The translations under genes were made by a program, and so were the position numbers. The notes beneath the pieces were generated by a model that was not told where the DNA came from, searched no databases, and saw only the letters and a program-made list of their open reading frames with translations. From an uncultured Actinomycetes bacterium (GTDB lineage Bacteria; Actinomycetota; Acidimicrobiia; IMCC26256; JBBRZM01), in NCBI GenBank assembly GCA_963813635.1, contig CAWEZO010000008.1, positions 70,193 through 134,192 on the forward strand: a stretch of 64,000 bases of DNA. The letters run 5' to 3'. Within the stretch, counting starts at the first letter, position 1, and each line of letters opens with the position of its first letter. Below are positions 30,196 through 43,186 of this stretch, in pieces.

Positions 30196-30961
30196 TCAGC
30201 GACGCCCGAGGGCCCGACGCTCCCGGCGGCGGCGCACGGCCCGTAGCTCACCGACAACCAGGAACAGCACCGCGAACACGGCGATGCCGGCGCCGATGAC
30301 GAGCCACGCGAGCTGCGTCTGGTTCGCCACCGACGACGACGAGCGCATCACGAGCTTCGTTCCCGGCTTCGGGCTCCACGTGCTCACATGCTGGTCCGCC
30401 AGGCCGGCTCGCACATGCAGCGTGAACCCGTCGCGCAGCTCTCCGAGCAGCCGCTGATCGATCGCGGCGCACGTCGACCTGCTGCGCAGTGAGGCTCGCG
30501 ACGAGCGCCGGATCTGCGAGCACGCCGGTCTTCATCGCAGCCAGGTCCGCGGTGCCCCGAAAGGCGAAGTTGATCGTCCCGATCTTTTCCTTGCGCGTGA
30601 CATGCACCTCGCGGAGCGGGCCGTCCGCGCCGTTGAGCTCACGGATGATCGCGTTGACCTGGCTGACGTTGACAAACGGCTTGACCAGCAACAACGTGGC
30701 CGTGCCGTCGAGCGCGCGCGCCCAGGGCGCCACCTTCCAGCCGGCGCTCGTCAGGTCGCCCAGGCGGACCCGGTCGTCGAGCTTGCCGCCATTCGACTCG
30801 GCTGCGGCAACCGCCGCGGCGTCGAGCACCGCCCGGACGCGGACTTCGCCGCTGCCGTTCTCCTTGACGACGACATTGACCGTCGTGTCGACCTTGCAGC
30901 CGGCGAACAGAACGGCGAGCAGCAGTGCGGCCAGAACGGGCCGCCAACGGGGACGCGACAC
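30196..30961 (-). CDS. lipoprotein with C-terminal TM anchor, single-base frameshift near 30468
   Basis: The N-terminus MSRPRWRPVLAALLLAVLFAGC carries a lipobox. The body in ORF 30248-30961 joins ORF 30196-30414 (AIDQRLLGELRDGFTLHVRAG...LAWLVIGAGIAVFAVLFLVV) once one C is removed. Confidence 0.55.
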
Positions 30962-30991
30962 GACGACCGGGGGCGGCGAAGCGCCGAGCGC

Positions 30992-33481
<2,490 letters not shown>

Positions 33482-33773
33482 GGTGTCAACCGCCTCTCAT
33501 GCTGCGCTGTCGGCTTCCGTCCCCAGTTCGTTGCGGCGAGTGGGAACGGACGTCGGCTGGGTCACAGTGTATCGGCCAGTGCTCTTTTCCAATTGGCGGG
33601 ATTCGTTGGTTCCTCTGGTCTCTCCTGATCGGATATTGAGCGGCGGAGCTGTAGGCGCCGGAGAAGAAAGAACAGGGTCCCAAGAAGGACGCTTCCGGCT
33701 TGGAGATTGTTCCCGGCCCTGCGTACGGTGGTCGCATGCGAACGAGCTCTCGGGCTGTGTGCGGCCATTACGC

Positions 33774-34755
33774 ATGAAGGTTGCCGAGACGCTCCAATTG
33801 ACGCCCCTGCCCGGCGACCTGGCGCGGGTCGAAACTGCGCTCCGTGACGCTGTTCGCCACCAGCACGACCCGTTCCTGGGTGAGGTGGCCGGCCATCTCA
33901 TCGAGGCCGGGGGCAAGCGGATCCGGCCGACGCTGACCCTCTGCGCGGCGTACGCGTCGATGAACGGCGATCACAAGGTGCATGTGGACGCGATCACCGG
34001 CGCCGCGGCCGTCGAGCTCGTGCACCTCGGCTCCCTGTACCACGACGACGTGATCGACGAGGCGGAAGTCCGCAGGGGTGTGCCGAGCGTCAACGCCCGG
34101 TGGAGCAACATCGTCGCGATCCTCGCCGGTGATTATCTCCTCGCACGCGGTGTCGTCCCTGGCCGCATCACTCGGGGCCGAGTGTGCTTCGCTGCTGGCA
34201 ATGACGATCGGCGAGCTGTGCCGCGGCCAGGTGCTCGAGTTGCAGCACCTCTTCGACGTCGACCGTTCCGTCGACGACTACTTCTCCGCGATCGAAGGCA
34301 AGACCGCCTCGCTGTTCGCGACATCGTGCCGTGTCGGCGGAATGGTGTGCGCGGTGCCCGAGCCCACACTCGACGCGCTCACCGACTTCGGCCGCCACCT
34401 GGGCATGTGCTTCCAGATCGTCGACGACGTGCTCGACCTCACGGCCACCGACGACGAGCTCGGAAAGCCGTCGGGCCAGGATCTCGTCGAGGGTGTGTAC
34501 ACGCTCCCGGTCATTCACGCGCTCACCGAATCGGGCGAGTTGCGCGAGCAACTCGGCCGGCCGCTCGACTCTGATCGACTCGCCGCCGTACGCGCCCTGG
34601 CGACGGCAACCGGCGGCGTGCCTGCTGCGCTCGGTGTGGCGCGAGACCACGCCGCCAAGGCCGGCGAGGCGCTCAGCGGAGCCGAGGCATTGGCGCCTGA
34701 GGTGGTCGACGGCCTGCGCCGTCTCGTCGACGGACTCGTCACCCGCAACGCGTAA
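33774..34755 (+). CDS. trans-polyprenyl diphosphate synthase, single-base frameshift near 34149
   Basis: The first DDxxD motif is LYHDDVIDEA and the second is QIVDDVLD. ORF 33405-34574 (GDYLLAR) joins ORF 34078-34755 (VSSLAASLG) once one G is removed. Confidence 0.85.
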
Positions 34756-34897
34756 ATCTCGGAACTGCAACGCCGAAATCTCGGAACTGGCCCGCGTTTG
34801 CTCAAGAAATAGCTGAGTGATCGCGGGCCAGTTGGGTTGAGTTCTGGAACTGGCCCGCGTTTGCTCAAGAAATAGCTGAGTGAATCGCGGGCCAGTT
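34755..34897. repeat. nested direct repeats carrying two copies of a 12-bp-stem / 25-26-nt-loop hairpin
   Basis: AAATCTCGGAACTG occurs twice. Then AACTGGCCCGCG-loop-CGCGGGCCAGTT appears at 34785-34833 and again at 34848-34897. The loops (TTTGCTCAAGAAATAGCTGAGTGA) are nearly identical and AT-rich. Confidence 0.85.
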
Positions 34898-34900
34898 CGA

Positions 34901-35755
34901 TTAGGCGAGGCCTGCGCCGGCGACGTCGTCGAGGCCCGTGGCGGCCTCGGTGCTCACACGCTCGAGGAACTTCAACACCGCGCGGTTGAACGCGTTGGGT
35001 GCCTCGACCATCAAACCGTGCGCGGCGCCCCGGACCTCGAAGAGCTCGGCGCCGGGAATGAGCTCGGCCAGCTCCTCGGCGTCACCGATCGGCGTGAGCG
35101 CGTCCTGCGAACCGGTGATCACGAGCGTCGGCGCGGCCAGCTTGACGAGCTCCAAGCGCAACTCGTCGGACGCATTCAGGATGGCCTGGATCTGTGAGAT
35201 GAACGGCTCCGGCGGCGATTGCAGCACCAGTCGGGCCAGCAGGTTGAGCCATACACCGAAGCGCTTGCGGAGACGCGGACCGATGAGCCAGTGCAACGAG
35301 TCCTCGGACAGCGCCGACATGCCCCGGCCGCCGCCCACTGCCGCGGCCCACTCGGCAAGCAGCTCGCGACGCCACTCGTGGTGCCGGCACGCCGTGCACG
35401 CAAGCACGACCGACCTGACGCGATCCGGGTTGCGCACGGCGATGATCTGCGCGATCACGCCGCCCATCGAGGCACCCATCACGTGGGCGCGCTCCACGCG
35501 CTCCGCATCGAGCACGGCAACCGCGTCGACGGCCATCTGTTCGAGGTCGTAGGGGCCGGACGGGCGTCCCGAGTGGCCGGTGCCACGGTTGTCGAGCGCG
35601 TAACACCGGTATTGGCGACCGAAGGCCATGCGCTGGAGCGCCCAGCCACGCGAATCGGTACCGAGACCCTGGATCATGAGGAGCGGCTCGCCGTCGCGTT
35701 TGCCCCACACGTCGTAGGCGATGTCGACGCCGTCAGCGGCTTGCAGGTGCTTCAC
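34901..35755 (-). CDS. alpha/beta-fold hydrolase
   Basis: The sequence has HVMGASMGG as the nucleophile elbow, the oxyanion-region motif LLMIQGLG, and a C-terminal GAAHGLMVE. I chose the GTG at 35753-35755 as the start. Confidence 0.8.
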   Translation of the reverse strand: MKHLQAADGVDIAYDVWGKRDGEPLLMIQGLGTDSRGWALQRMAFGRQYRCYALDNRGTGHSGRPSGPYDLEQMAVDAVAVLDAERVERAHVMGASMGGVIAQIIAVRNPDRVRSVVLACTACRHHEWRRELLAEWAAAVGGGRGMSALSEDSLHWLIGPRLRKRFGVWLNLLARLVLQSPPEPFISQIQAILNASDELRLELVKLAAPTLVITGSQDALTPIGDAEELAELIPGAELFEVRGAAHGLMVEAPNAFNRAVLKFLERVSTEAATGLDDVAGAGLA

Positions 35756-36102
35756 GAGCGGCCCCCCAGGCACGTCGCACCCTAGTGCTCGCGAGCGCGA
35801 ACCCAATGTATAGCCCACAGTGCGCGCGTGGAACGCAACGTGCCGCGACCTCGCCCGTCCAAGGGACACCGGCGCGCAAATCCCCTGATACGCGTGTCGG
35901 TCCCGGCGCCACGATGCCGCAGGGGCCGACGCTCCGAACCAGCGACCCGGGGACCACTTGGGCGGTCGCAGCTTCTTGCATTTGCAAGGATGAAGTCGCC
36001 AGATATGAGACGCTTCAGCCCGTTCTGTTGTTCATGGGCACGAGTGTCTTCCGGGCCCGGCGATTGCTGCGGGCGATTGCTGCCGGGCCCCGCCGGGCGC
36101 GG

Positions 36103-36786
36103 TCAGCCCAGCAGTGCCTCGACGGCCTCACGGGTCAGCTCTCCCAACTCCGCCGCGCCGACGGGCTCTGCCGCGCCGAGGCCGGCGGCAAGCTCGATGG
36201 GCTCGCCGAACGCGACCCGCCACGGCCGCACGGGCAGGCCGAGGGGCCCGACCGGCGAGACGGCGACCGGGATCACCGGGAAGCCGGCACTCGCGCCGAA
36301 CAACGCCCGCGGCGGCTCACCCGCGCCGATGCGCAGCCATGTGGGCGTGAGCGGCGCGACCACGAGGTATCCGGCACGCAGAGCGGCGGCGACGTCATCG
36401 CCGCGAGACGCGATCGCACCGAGCTTCGTAAGCACGGGACCGATCAGCGGCAGTGACGGTGCCCCGACGACCCGGGCGCGGCGGCCGGCGACTTCGCGCA
36501 CGGCAACCGTGATTGCAGCCGGCTCCACGATGCCCAGGCCGCGGTTGGCAATCAAGAGCGCTGCACCCGACCGCGGAATGTGCTCCGGGTACACGACGTC
36601 GACGCGCACAACCGCGCTGACGAACGGCGCGCAGAGATCGTTCAGCTGTCCGTCGCCACCGAAGGGGTCGATCGGGAAGCGCCCGTCGAACCTGCGCCGC
36701 AACGACGCGCCGACCGACTCGCGCGCATGCACCCGGTCGTCGTCATATCCGAACGCCGCACCGCGTTCGCCGGCAGTGACAGTCAT
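36103..36786 (-). CDS. PlsC-like (lysophospholipid) acyltransferase-family protein, tentative
   Basis: A 227-aa ORF containing LLIANRGLGIVEPAAI and a later VIPVAV segment. The layout resembles acyltransferases, but I did not see a clean HxxxxD motif. Confidence 0.5.
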   Translation of the reverse strand: MTVTAGERGAAFGYDDDRVHARESVGASLRRRFDGRFPIDPFGGDGQLNDLCAPFVSAVVRVDVVYPEHIPRSGAALLIANRGLGIVEPAAITVAVREVAGRRARVVGAPSLPLIGPVLTKLGAIASRGDDVAAALRAGYLVVAPLTPTWLRIGAGEPPRALFGASAGFPVIPVAVSPVGPLGLPVRPWRVAFGEPIELAAGLGAAEPVGAAELGELTREAVEALLG

Positions 36787-36835
36787 ATGCAGTCTCCACT
36801 CATGGCCCGTGCGGCCCGACCGGCGTCAATCACGA

Positions 36836-37798
36836 TCAAGCCACCGCCTCGGTCGGGCGCAGCGCCGTGACCGTGGCCCACTCATAGAGCTCGGCGCACA
36901 CCTCCTGCGTCGAGCGCATGGGCGCGAGCCCGAGCGCCTCGATCGCGCGACTCCCGTCGGCGGTGCGGCCGCGCTGCATGAGCTCGAGCACATGCGGCGG
37001 CACCGGCGCGCCCGCGAGCTCCGCGACACGACACGCCAGCTTCCACGACGGGCCGAGCATCGGCACCGGCACACGCCCGCCGAGGCGCACGACCTGCCAC
37101 GGGCTGGCGGCACCAGGACCCACGATGTTGAGCGGACCGTCGTAGCCCCGGCACAGCGCTTCGACCATCGCGCGCGCCGCATCTTCCTGATGCAGCAGCG
37201 AGAACGGCGGGTCGGCGAGCGCGGGAACCGGCACCGCCGGCAGTCGCAGCAAACGACCCAACGGGCTCGGCACATGCGACCCCACCACTGGCGCCATCCG
37301 CAGCAACGACACGGGGATGCCATGGCCCCGCCCGAGGCCGGTGGCGATGGCCTCGACCTCGAGGCACGTGCGGCCGTACGGTGTCGTCGGCGCCGGTTGG
37401 ACGCTCTCGTCCGGTACCGCGGGACGACCGGGTCCACGCCCGTAGACGGTGAGGCCGCTGCGCACGGCGACGCGCAGGAGCCGGCCACCGCGGGCAGCGG
37501 CCTCGAGCGCGACAAGGGTGCCGGACGCCGTGGCTTCCGCCGCCTCACGTTGATCAAGCCGTGAGTCGGGCTCGTAGACGCCGTAGTGCGCGACGACCGT
37601 GGGCGCGTAGTCGGTTACGAACGCGGCGAGCTTGTCGCTATCGCGCGGATCGATACGACGGAACTCACTGCGGAGCAACCGGCGGCGCGGGGGCACGAAG
37701 TCGACGCCGACGATCTCGTCGACGTCGCTGCGTTGCTCGAGGAGCTGCGCAACCCGCGTGCCCAGCTCTCCGCCCATGCCCGTGACCAGCACGCGCAT
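36836..37798 (-). CDS. NAD-dependent epimerase/dehydratase-family (extended SDR) protein
   Basis: The N-terminal Rossmann motif is MRVLVTGMGGELG and a later YGRTC fits YxxxK-like positioning. The product is 320 aa. Confidence 0.75.
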   Translation of the reverse strand: MRVLVTGMGGELGTRVAQLLEQRSDVDEIVGVDFVPPRRRLLRSEFRRIDPRDSDKLAAFVTDYAPTVVAHYGVYEPDSRLDQREAAEATASGTLVALEAAARGGRLLRVAVRSGLTVYGRGPGRPAVPDESVQPAPTTPYGRTCLEVEAIATGLGRGHGIPVSLLRMAPVVGSHVPSPLGRLLRLPAVPVPALADPPFSLLHQEDAARAMVEALCRGYDGPLNIVGPGAASPWQVVRLGGRVPVPMLGPSWKLACRVAELAGAPVPPHVLELMQRGRTADGSRAIEALGLAPMRSTQEVCAELYEWATVTALRPTEAVA

Positions 37799-37799
37799 C

Positions 37800-39302
37800 T
37801 CAGCCGTCCTCCTCGAACCCGAAGCCCGCTTCGGTCCGCAAGTGGGGAAACAAGATCACTTCCCGGATCGACGATACGCCCGCGAGCAGCATCACCAGCC
37901 GGTCGATCCCGATTCCCAGCCCGCCACACGGAGGCATCCCGTACTCGAGCGCCCGCACGTAATCATCGTCGATCTCGTTGGCTTCGAGGTCGCCGGCAGC
38001 AGCGAGCGCGGCCTGGGCCTCGAACCGGGCGCGCTGGTCGACGGGATCATTGAGCTCGCTGAACGCGTTGCCGAGCTCGCGCCCGAGCACGACGGGCTCG
38101 AACCGCTCAACGAGGGCGGGATCGTCACGATGCGAACGTGCCAGCGGAGAGACCTCGCGCGGATAGTCGGTCACGAACACCGGACCGACGAGCCCCGGCT
38201 CCACCGTCTTCTCGTACAGCTCGAGCACGAGCTTGCCGGCACCCCAGCCCGGGTCGTACGTCAGATCGAGGTCGTCGCAGACCTTCTGCAGCTTCTCGAC
38301 TGCCATCGTGGGATGCACGTCGACGCCGGCGTGCTCGCGAACGAGCTCGAGCAGCGTGCGCCGCGGCCACGGCGGCGCGAGGTCGACGGTGACGTCGTCG
38401 ACCACAACGGTTGTCGTGCCGATCGCGGCTGAGGCCACGTCGGCCACGAGCTCCTCGGTGAGCGTCATCATGTCGCGGTAGTCGGCGAATGCTTCATACA
38501 GCTCGAGCATCGTGAACTCGGGGTTGTGGCGCGTTGACAGGCCTTCGTTGCGGAAGACCCGTCCGATCTCGAACACCTTCTCCATGCCGCCGACGATGAG
38601 ACGCTTGAGATGCAGCTCGAGCGCGATCCGCAGCGAGAGGTCCATGTCGAGCGAGTGGTGATGTGTGAGGAACGGACGCGCCGCCGCGCCGCCCGCGATG
38701 GCGTGGAGCACCGGCGTCTCGACCTCGATGAAGCCGCGCTCGCTCAGGAACCGCCGCACCGCGGCGATGGTGGCGAAACGAATCTCGAAGACTCGGCGTG
38801 CGTCGTCGTTCGCGATGAGGTCGACGTACCGCTGGCGGAACCGGGTGTCGACGTCGGCGAGGCCGTGCCACTTGTCGGGAAGCGGCCGGAGCGCCTTGGC
38901 CAGCAGCCGGCACGAGGCGATCTTGATCGAGAGCTCGCCCTTGCGCGTGCTCATCACCACGCCTTCGACGCCGATCCAGTCGCCGAGGTCGAGCTCGTCG
39001 AACGCGTCGAACGCGTCATCACCGATGACGGCGCGCGACACGAACAGCTGGATCGAGCCGGTGCCGTCGCGCATCGTCGCGAAGATGAGCTTGCCTTGGC
39101 GGCGGATGAGCAGGAGCCGACCGGCAACCGTGACGTGCGCATCGGTCTCTTCGCCGGGTCCGAGGTCACCGAACTCGGCGCGCAGCGCCGCGACCGTGTG
39201 GTCGCGATCGAAGCGCACCGGGTAGGGATCGATGCCACCCGCGCGCAACGCGTCGAGCTTCGCCAATCGACGGGCGCGCTCGGCAACGGGCTCTTCGGCC
39301 AC
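37800..39302 (-). CDS. lysS: lysine--tRNA ligase (class II)
   Basis: This is the C-terminal 500 aa of ORF 37800-40931, starting from GTG 39302. Class II motifs FRNEG and [12 protein letters not shown] are present, along with the anticodon-binding OB fold. Confidence 0.95.
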   Translation of the reverse strand: MAEEPVAERARRLAKLDALRAGGIDPYPVRFDRDHTVAALRAEFGDLGPGEETDAHVTVAGRLLLIRRQGKLIFATMRDGTGSIQLFVSRAVIGDDAFDAFDELDLGDWIGVEGVVMSTRKGELSIKIASCRLLAKALRPLPDKWHGLADVDTRFRQRYVDLIANDDARRVFEIRFATIAAVRRFLSERGFIEVETPVLHAIAGGAAARPFLTHHHSLDMDLSLRIALELHLKRLIVGGMEKVFEIGRVFRNEGLSTRHNPEFTMLELYEAFADYRDMMTLTEELVADVASAAIGTTTVVVDDVTVDLAPPWPRRTLLELVREHAGVDVHPTMAVEKLQKVCDDLDLTYDPGWGAGKLVLELYEKTVEPGLVGPVFVTDYPREVSPLARSHRDDPALVERFEPVVLGRELGNAFSELNDPVDQRARFEAQAALAAAGDLEANEIDDDYVRALEYGMPPCGGLGIGIDRLVMLLAGVSSIREVILFPHLRTEAGFGFEEDG

Positions 39303-39304
39303 GG

Positions 39305-40069
39305 TTACTGATTCCGCTCGAAGACGATGCGGAGCCCCATGAGCGTGAGCCAGGGCTCGTTGTGCTGGATCGTGCGCGAGTGCGGGATGATCAGCTCGGC
39401 GAGGCCGCCGGTGGCCACGACCGTGCACTCTCCGAGCTCGGCTTGAAACCGCTCGACCAGCGCGTCGACCTGTCCCGAGAACCCGTACACCGAGCCCGAC
39501 TGGATCGACTCGACCGTCGACTTGCCGATGACGTTCTTCGGCGCCACGAGCTCGACGCGGCGCAACGCGGCCGCCCGCCCGAACAGCGCGTCCATCGAGA
39601 TCTCGATGCCGGGAAAGATCGCGCCGCCGAGGTACTCGCCGGCTTCGCTGATCGCCTCGACCGTGTTGGCGGTGCCGAAATCGACGACGATCGACGGACC
39701 ACCGTAGAGGTCGTACGCCGCGACCACGTTCGCGATGCGGTCGGCGCCCACCTCCTTGGGGTTGTCGTAGAGAATCGGCATGCCGGTGCGCACCCCCGGC
39801 TCGATGACGAGCGGCGCGAAGCGAAAGTACTTCTCGGTCATCTCTCGCAGCGCCGCGGTGACGCGCGGCACGCCGGATGCAATGGCGACGCCGGTCACCT
39901 GGGCGTCGAACGAAAAGCCGTGGAAACCGAGGAACTGCTGGATCATGAGTGCGAGCTCGTCGGACGTGCGTTCCGCGGCGGTGGCGATGCGCCAGTGGTC
40001 GGCGAGCTCGCCGCCGTTGAACAGGCCGATCACGGTGGAGGTGTTGCCCGCGTCGATGGTGAGCAGCAC
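39305..40069 (-). CDS. coaX: type III pantothenate kinase
   Basis: The product starts MLLTIDAGNTSTVIGLF and also contains VDFGTANT and ATGGLA. Confidence 0.9.
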   Translation of the reverse strand: MLLTIDAGNTSTVIGLFNGGELADHWRIATAAERTSDELALMIQQFLGFHGFSFDAQVTGVAIASGVPRVTAALREMTEKYFRFAPLVIEPGVRTGMPILYDNPKEVGADRIANVVAAYDLYGGPSIVVDFGTANTVEAISEAGEYLGGAIFPGIEISMDALFGRAAALRRVELVAPKNVIGKSTVESIQSGSVYGFSGQVDALVERFQAELGECTVVATGGLAELIIPHSRTIQHNEPWLTLMGLRIVFERNQ

Positions 40070-40072
40070 TCG

Positions 40073-40931
40073 CTACGTCTCCGTGTGCAGGTCGAGCCCG
40101 AGATCGAGCGCGGGCGCCGACTGGGTGATCACACTGGTGGAGATCAGGTCGGCACCCGCGGCAGCGTATGCCGCGACGTTGTCGAGAGTAACGCCGCCGG
40201 AGACCTCGATGAGCACGCCCGGTCGATGCTCGGCGCGTACCGCAACAACACACTCGCTGACCTGATCGGGAGTCATGTTGTCGAGCATCACCATGCCTGC
40301 CCCGGCGGCGAGGGCCTCGTGCACTTGTTCCAGCCGTTCGCACTCGACTTCCACCAGGCGGCCCGGCCAGCGCGCGTCGCGCGCGCTCGACGGCTTGCGT
40401 GATCGTGAGGTCGGCAAGGTGGTTGTCCTTGACGAGGACGAATTCGGACAGACTCGCGCGGTGGTTGACCCCACCGCCGGCGCGCACCGCGGCTTTCTCG
40501 AGTGCCCGCAGCCCCGGAAGTGTCTTGCGGGTGTCCCAGATTCGTGTGGTCTCGCCCGCGGCGCGGACGAACGCTCGCGTGAGCGTGGCGACACCCGAGA
40601 GGTGGCACAGGAAGTTGAGCGCGCTGCGCTCGCCGGTGAGCACGGATCGCAGCGGTCCTTCGATGCGGGCAACTTTCGCACCCGGTTCGAGCTCGGCACC
40701 GTCGTCGGCGAGCCAAGCAACCCTGACTGCCTCATCGAGCTGCGCGAACACCTCGGTCGCGCACGCGGTGCCCGCCAGCACGCCGCCCCGGTGCACGACG
40801 ATGTCGGCGACGGCCCGGGCGCCGGGCGCCACGAGCGCGGCGGTGACATCGCCGAGCGGGCCGAGATCCTCCGCCAGCGCACGCGCGGCGGCATCGCGCA
40901 CCACCTGCACCGGCGGGTCGAACGTGCTCAT
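40073..40931 (-). CDS. nadC: nicotinate-nucleotide diphosphorylase (carboxylating), single-base frameshift near 40375
   Basis: The N-terminal half (LTGERSALNFLCHLSGVAT, VKDNH) lies in ORF 37800-40931. The C-terminal half (VEVECERLEQVHEALAAGAGMVMLDNM...EVSGG) lies in ORF 40073-40894. Confidence 0.85.
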
Positions 40932-40990
40932 TGTGCGGGCACGGCAACGAGTGCCGCGAACGGCACGAGGACGTCGTACATGAAGTCAGC

Positions 40991-41380
40991 CTAGGAGGTG
41001 AGGTCGTGCAGCTCTCGGTCGAGCTCCTGGAATGCGGGATCGGTCGGCCGGTTTCGTGAGTCGACCAGCACGACCTTTGGCGCGTACTCCTCGAGCTCGG
41101 CATCGTCGTACTGCGCGTAGGTGATGACGATCACACGGTCGCCGGTGTGCACCAACCGCGCCGCCGCACCGTTGAGAATCACGTCACCGGGACCACCCTT
41201 GATCGCATAGGTCTCGAAGCGCGCGCCGTTATCGATGTCGAGCACGTGCACCTGCTCGTGCTCGCAGATGTCGGCGAGCTCCATGAGCCGCGGATCGAGC
41301 GTGATCGAGCCCACGTAGTTGAGATCCGCGCCGACGACCGTGGCTCGGTGGATCTTGGACTTCATCATCGTGCGGCGCAT
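40991..41380 (-). CDS. panD: aspartate 1-decarboxylase
   Basis: The product starts [29 protein letters not shown], which includes the GS self-cleavage site. Confidence 0.95.
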   Translation of the reverse strand: MRRTMMKSKIHRATVVGADLNYVGSITLDPRLMELADICEHEQVHVLDIDNGARFETYAIKGGPGDVILNGAAARLVHTGDRVIVITYAQYDDAELEEYAPKVVLVDSRNRPTDPAFQELDRELHDLTS

Positions 41381-42299
41381 CTACGCCCTCGCTTTCGCTG
41401 CTTCTCGGGTGGACTTGCCGGACTGGACGCCGAGGTCGACCTCGACGCGGTCATCGACGTGCACGGAGATGTTGTCGATCAGTCGCGTGCCGCCGACGTG
41501 CGCGGCGACCGCGATCAACACCTCGCCGTCGACGCGGTCGATCGGCTCGAGATCGGAGGCGCGCCGTACTGCCGCGTATTCGAGCTCACAGCGCGGCTCG
41601 GCGGACACGGTGTCGGCGATGATCTTTGTGACGGTGTCGGTGTCGCGGACGCCGTGGTGAAGCGCTTCGGACACGAAGTAGAGCGAGCGTGAGAGCACCG
41701 TCGCCGCCTCGCGCTCGGTGAGCGACAGGTGCGCATTGCGACTCGACATCGCCAGGCCGTCAGGCTCACGAACGAGGGCACAGCCCACGACGTCGACCGG
41801 CAGGTCGAGATCCGCCGCCATGCGGCGCACCACCGCCAGCTGCTGCGCGTCCTTGCGACCGAAGTACGCGCTGCACGGACCGACGATCGAGAAGAGCTTC
41901 GCGACCACGGTCGTGACGCCGTCGAAATGTGTCGGGCGCGCGTCGCCGCACAAGCCGTCGGTGAGGCCGCTGACATGAACCGTCGTGCGCGGGGGCTCGG
42001 GATACATCTCGGCGACACTGGGTGCGAAGAGCGCGTCGATGTCTTCGGCTTCGGCGACGGCGGCGTCGCCTGCAGGGTCGGTCGGGTAGCTGTCGAGGTC
42101 CTCGGCCGCGCCGAACTGCAACGGGTTGACGAAGATCGAGACGACGACGAAGTCATGATTGGCGCGCGCGGTGCGCATGAGCGTGCGGTGGCCATCGTGG
42201 AAGAAGCCCATAGTCGGCACGAGACCGACGGAGCCGCCGTCGCGACGGGCACGCGCGCGACGCGGCGCGCACGTCGTCGATCCGGTCGAGGGTGATCAT
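41381..42299 (-). CDS. panC: pantoate--beta-alanine ligase, single-base frameshift near 42265
   Basis: ORF 41381-42220 starts abruptly at VPTMGFFHDGH. The missing N-terminus, MITLDRIDDVRA..RRDGGSVGL, begins at the ATG 42297-42299 in another frame. That ATG overlaps the stop of the upstream gene as ATGA. Confidence 0.85.
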
Positions 42300-43150
42300 G
42301 CCGGCACCTCGTCGAGCAGCGCGGCCAGCGCGGGATCGTCACGGCCGGCCAGTCGCAGCGCCTCGCGCGCGAGCGCGCGGTACGTGGACTGTTCCTCCGG
42401 GGGCAGCGCGTCGAGGTGGGAGCGCACGGTGTCGACGTCGCCACGCGCGACCGGTCCGGTGAGAGCGTCGGCGGGGCCGAGCGCGGCCGCGTGGTCGAGC
42501 GATGCCTGCACGAGCGGCAGGAACGCCTCGAGCGGCACACCGGCCGACGCGGCAAGGCGGTCGAGCTGACCGAGCAACGCCACGACATGATTCGAGGCGA
42601 CGCTCGCGGCGGCGTGGTATCGCCCACGGTCGGCGACGCGGAACGGATGGAGCCCGAGATCGGTCGCGAGGTCGACGACCCGTTCGGATCCGTCGACCGC
42701 CGCCCACGCGCCCGTGAGGCCTGCGACGGCGCGCTCGGCGTCACTGGGCAAGGTCTGGAGTGGATGCAGCGCGCCGACGGCGACGTCGGCGCGGCACTGA
42801 ACGAGCGGGTCGAGCTCGTCGAGCCCGCGCGCGCCCGAGAGGTGCACGACGAGCGCGCCGGGTCGCAGCGACGGTGCGAGCGCGACGGCGGCGTCGGAGA
42901 TCGCGGCGTCGGGCGTCGCGATGATCACGAGGCCGGCATCGCGGCCCGCGGTCGCGACCTCTACCGCGGGCGCATCGAAGCGTGCCGACGCGGCAGACGT
43001 GGAAGGAGCGCCGGCGGTGCGGCCCGCAACCGCGGACACCGTGTAGCCCCGCCGGGTGAGCGCGAGCGTGATCGCCGTACCGGCTCGTCCGGGCCCCACG
43101 AGGGAGACGCGACGTGCGTCACGCGCTCGAACGGCGCTGTGGTGCTCCAT
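42296..43150 (-). CDS. Rossmann-like plus DUF2520 domain protein (Rv3603c-type)
   Basis: The N-terminal motif is VSLVGPGRAGTA. The gene sits directly upstream of panC, as in mycobacteria. Confidence 0.7.
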   Translation of the reverse strand: MEHHSAVRARDARRVSLVGPGRAGTAITLALTRRGYTVSAVAGRTAGAPSTSAASARFDAPAVEVATAGRDAGLVIIATPDAAISDAAVALAPSLRPGALVVHLSGARGLDELDPLVQCRADVAVGALHPLQTLPSDAERAVAGLTGAWAAVDGSERVVDLATDLGLHPFRVADRGRYHAAASVASNHVVALLGQLDRLAASAGVPLEAFLPLVQASLDHAAALGPADALTGPVARGDVDTVRSHLDALPPEEQSTYRALAREALRLAGRDDPALAALLDEVPA

Positions 43151-43186
43151 GAGACCTCTTCGTTCCAGCCCTCGGTGGGTGCCGGA

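Noticed and set aside
37800-40931. A single 1043-aa ORF that looks like a giant fusion protein.
   Set aside because: It is read-through of three unrelated pieces. Only the N-terminal part (nadC 5' half) and the C-terminal 500 aa (lysS) are real. The middle is the out-of-frame translation of coaX, which is intact in its own frame at 39305-40069.
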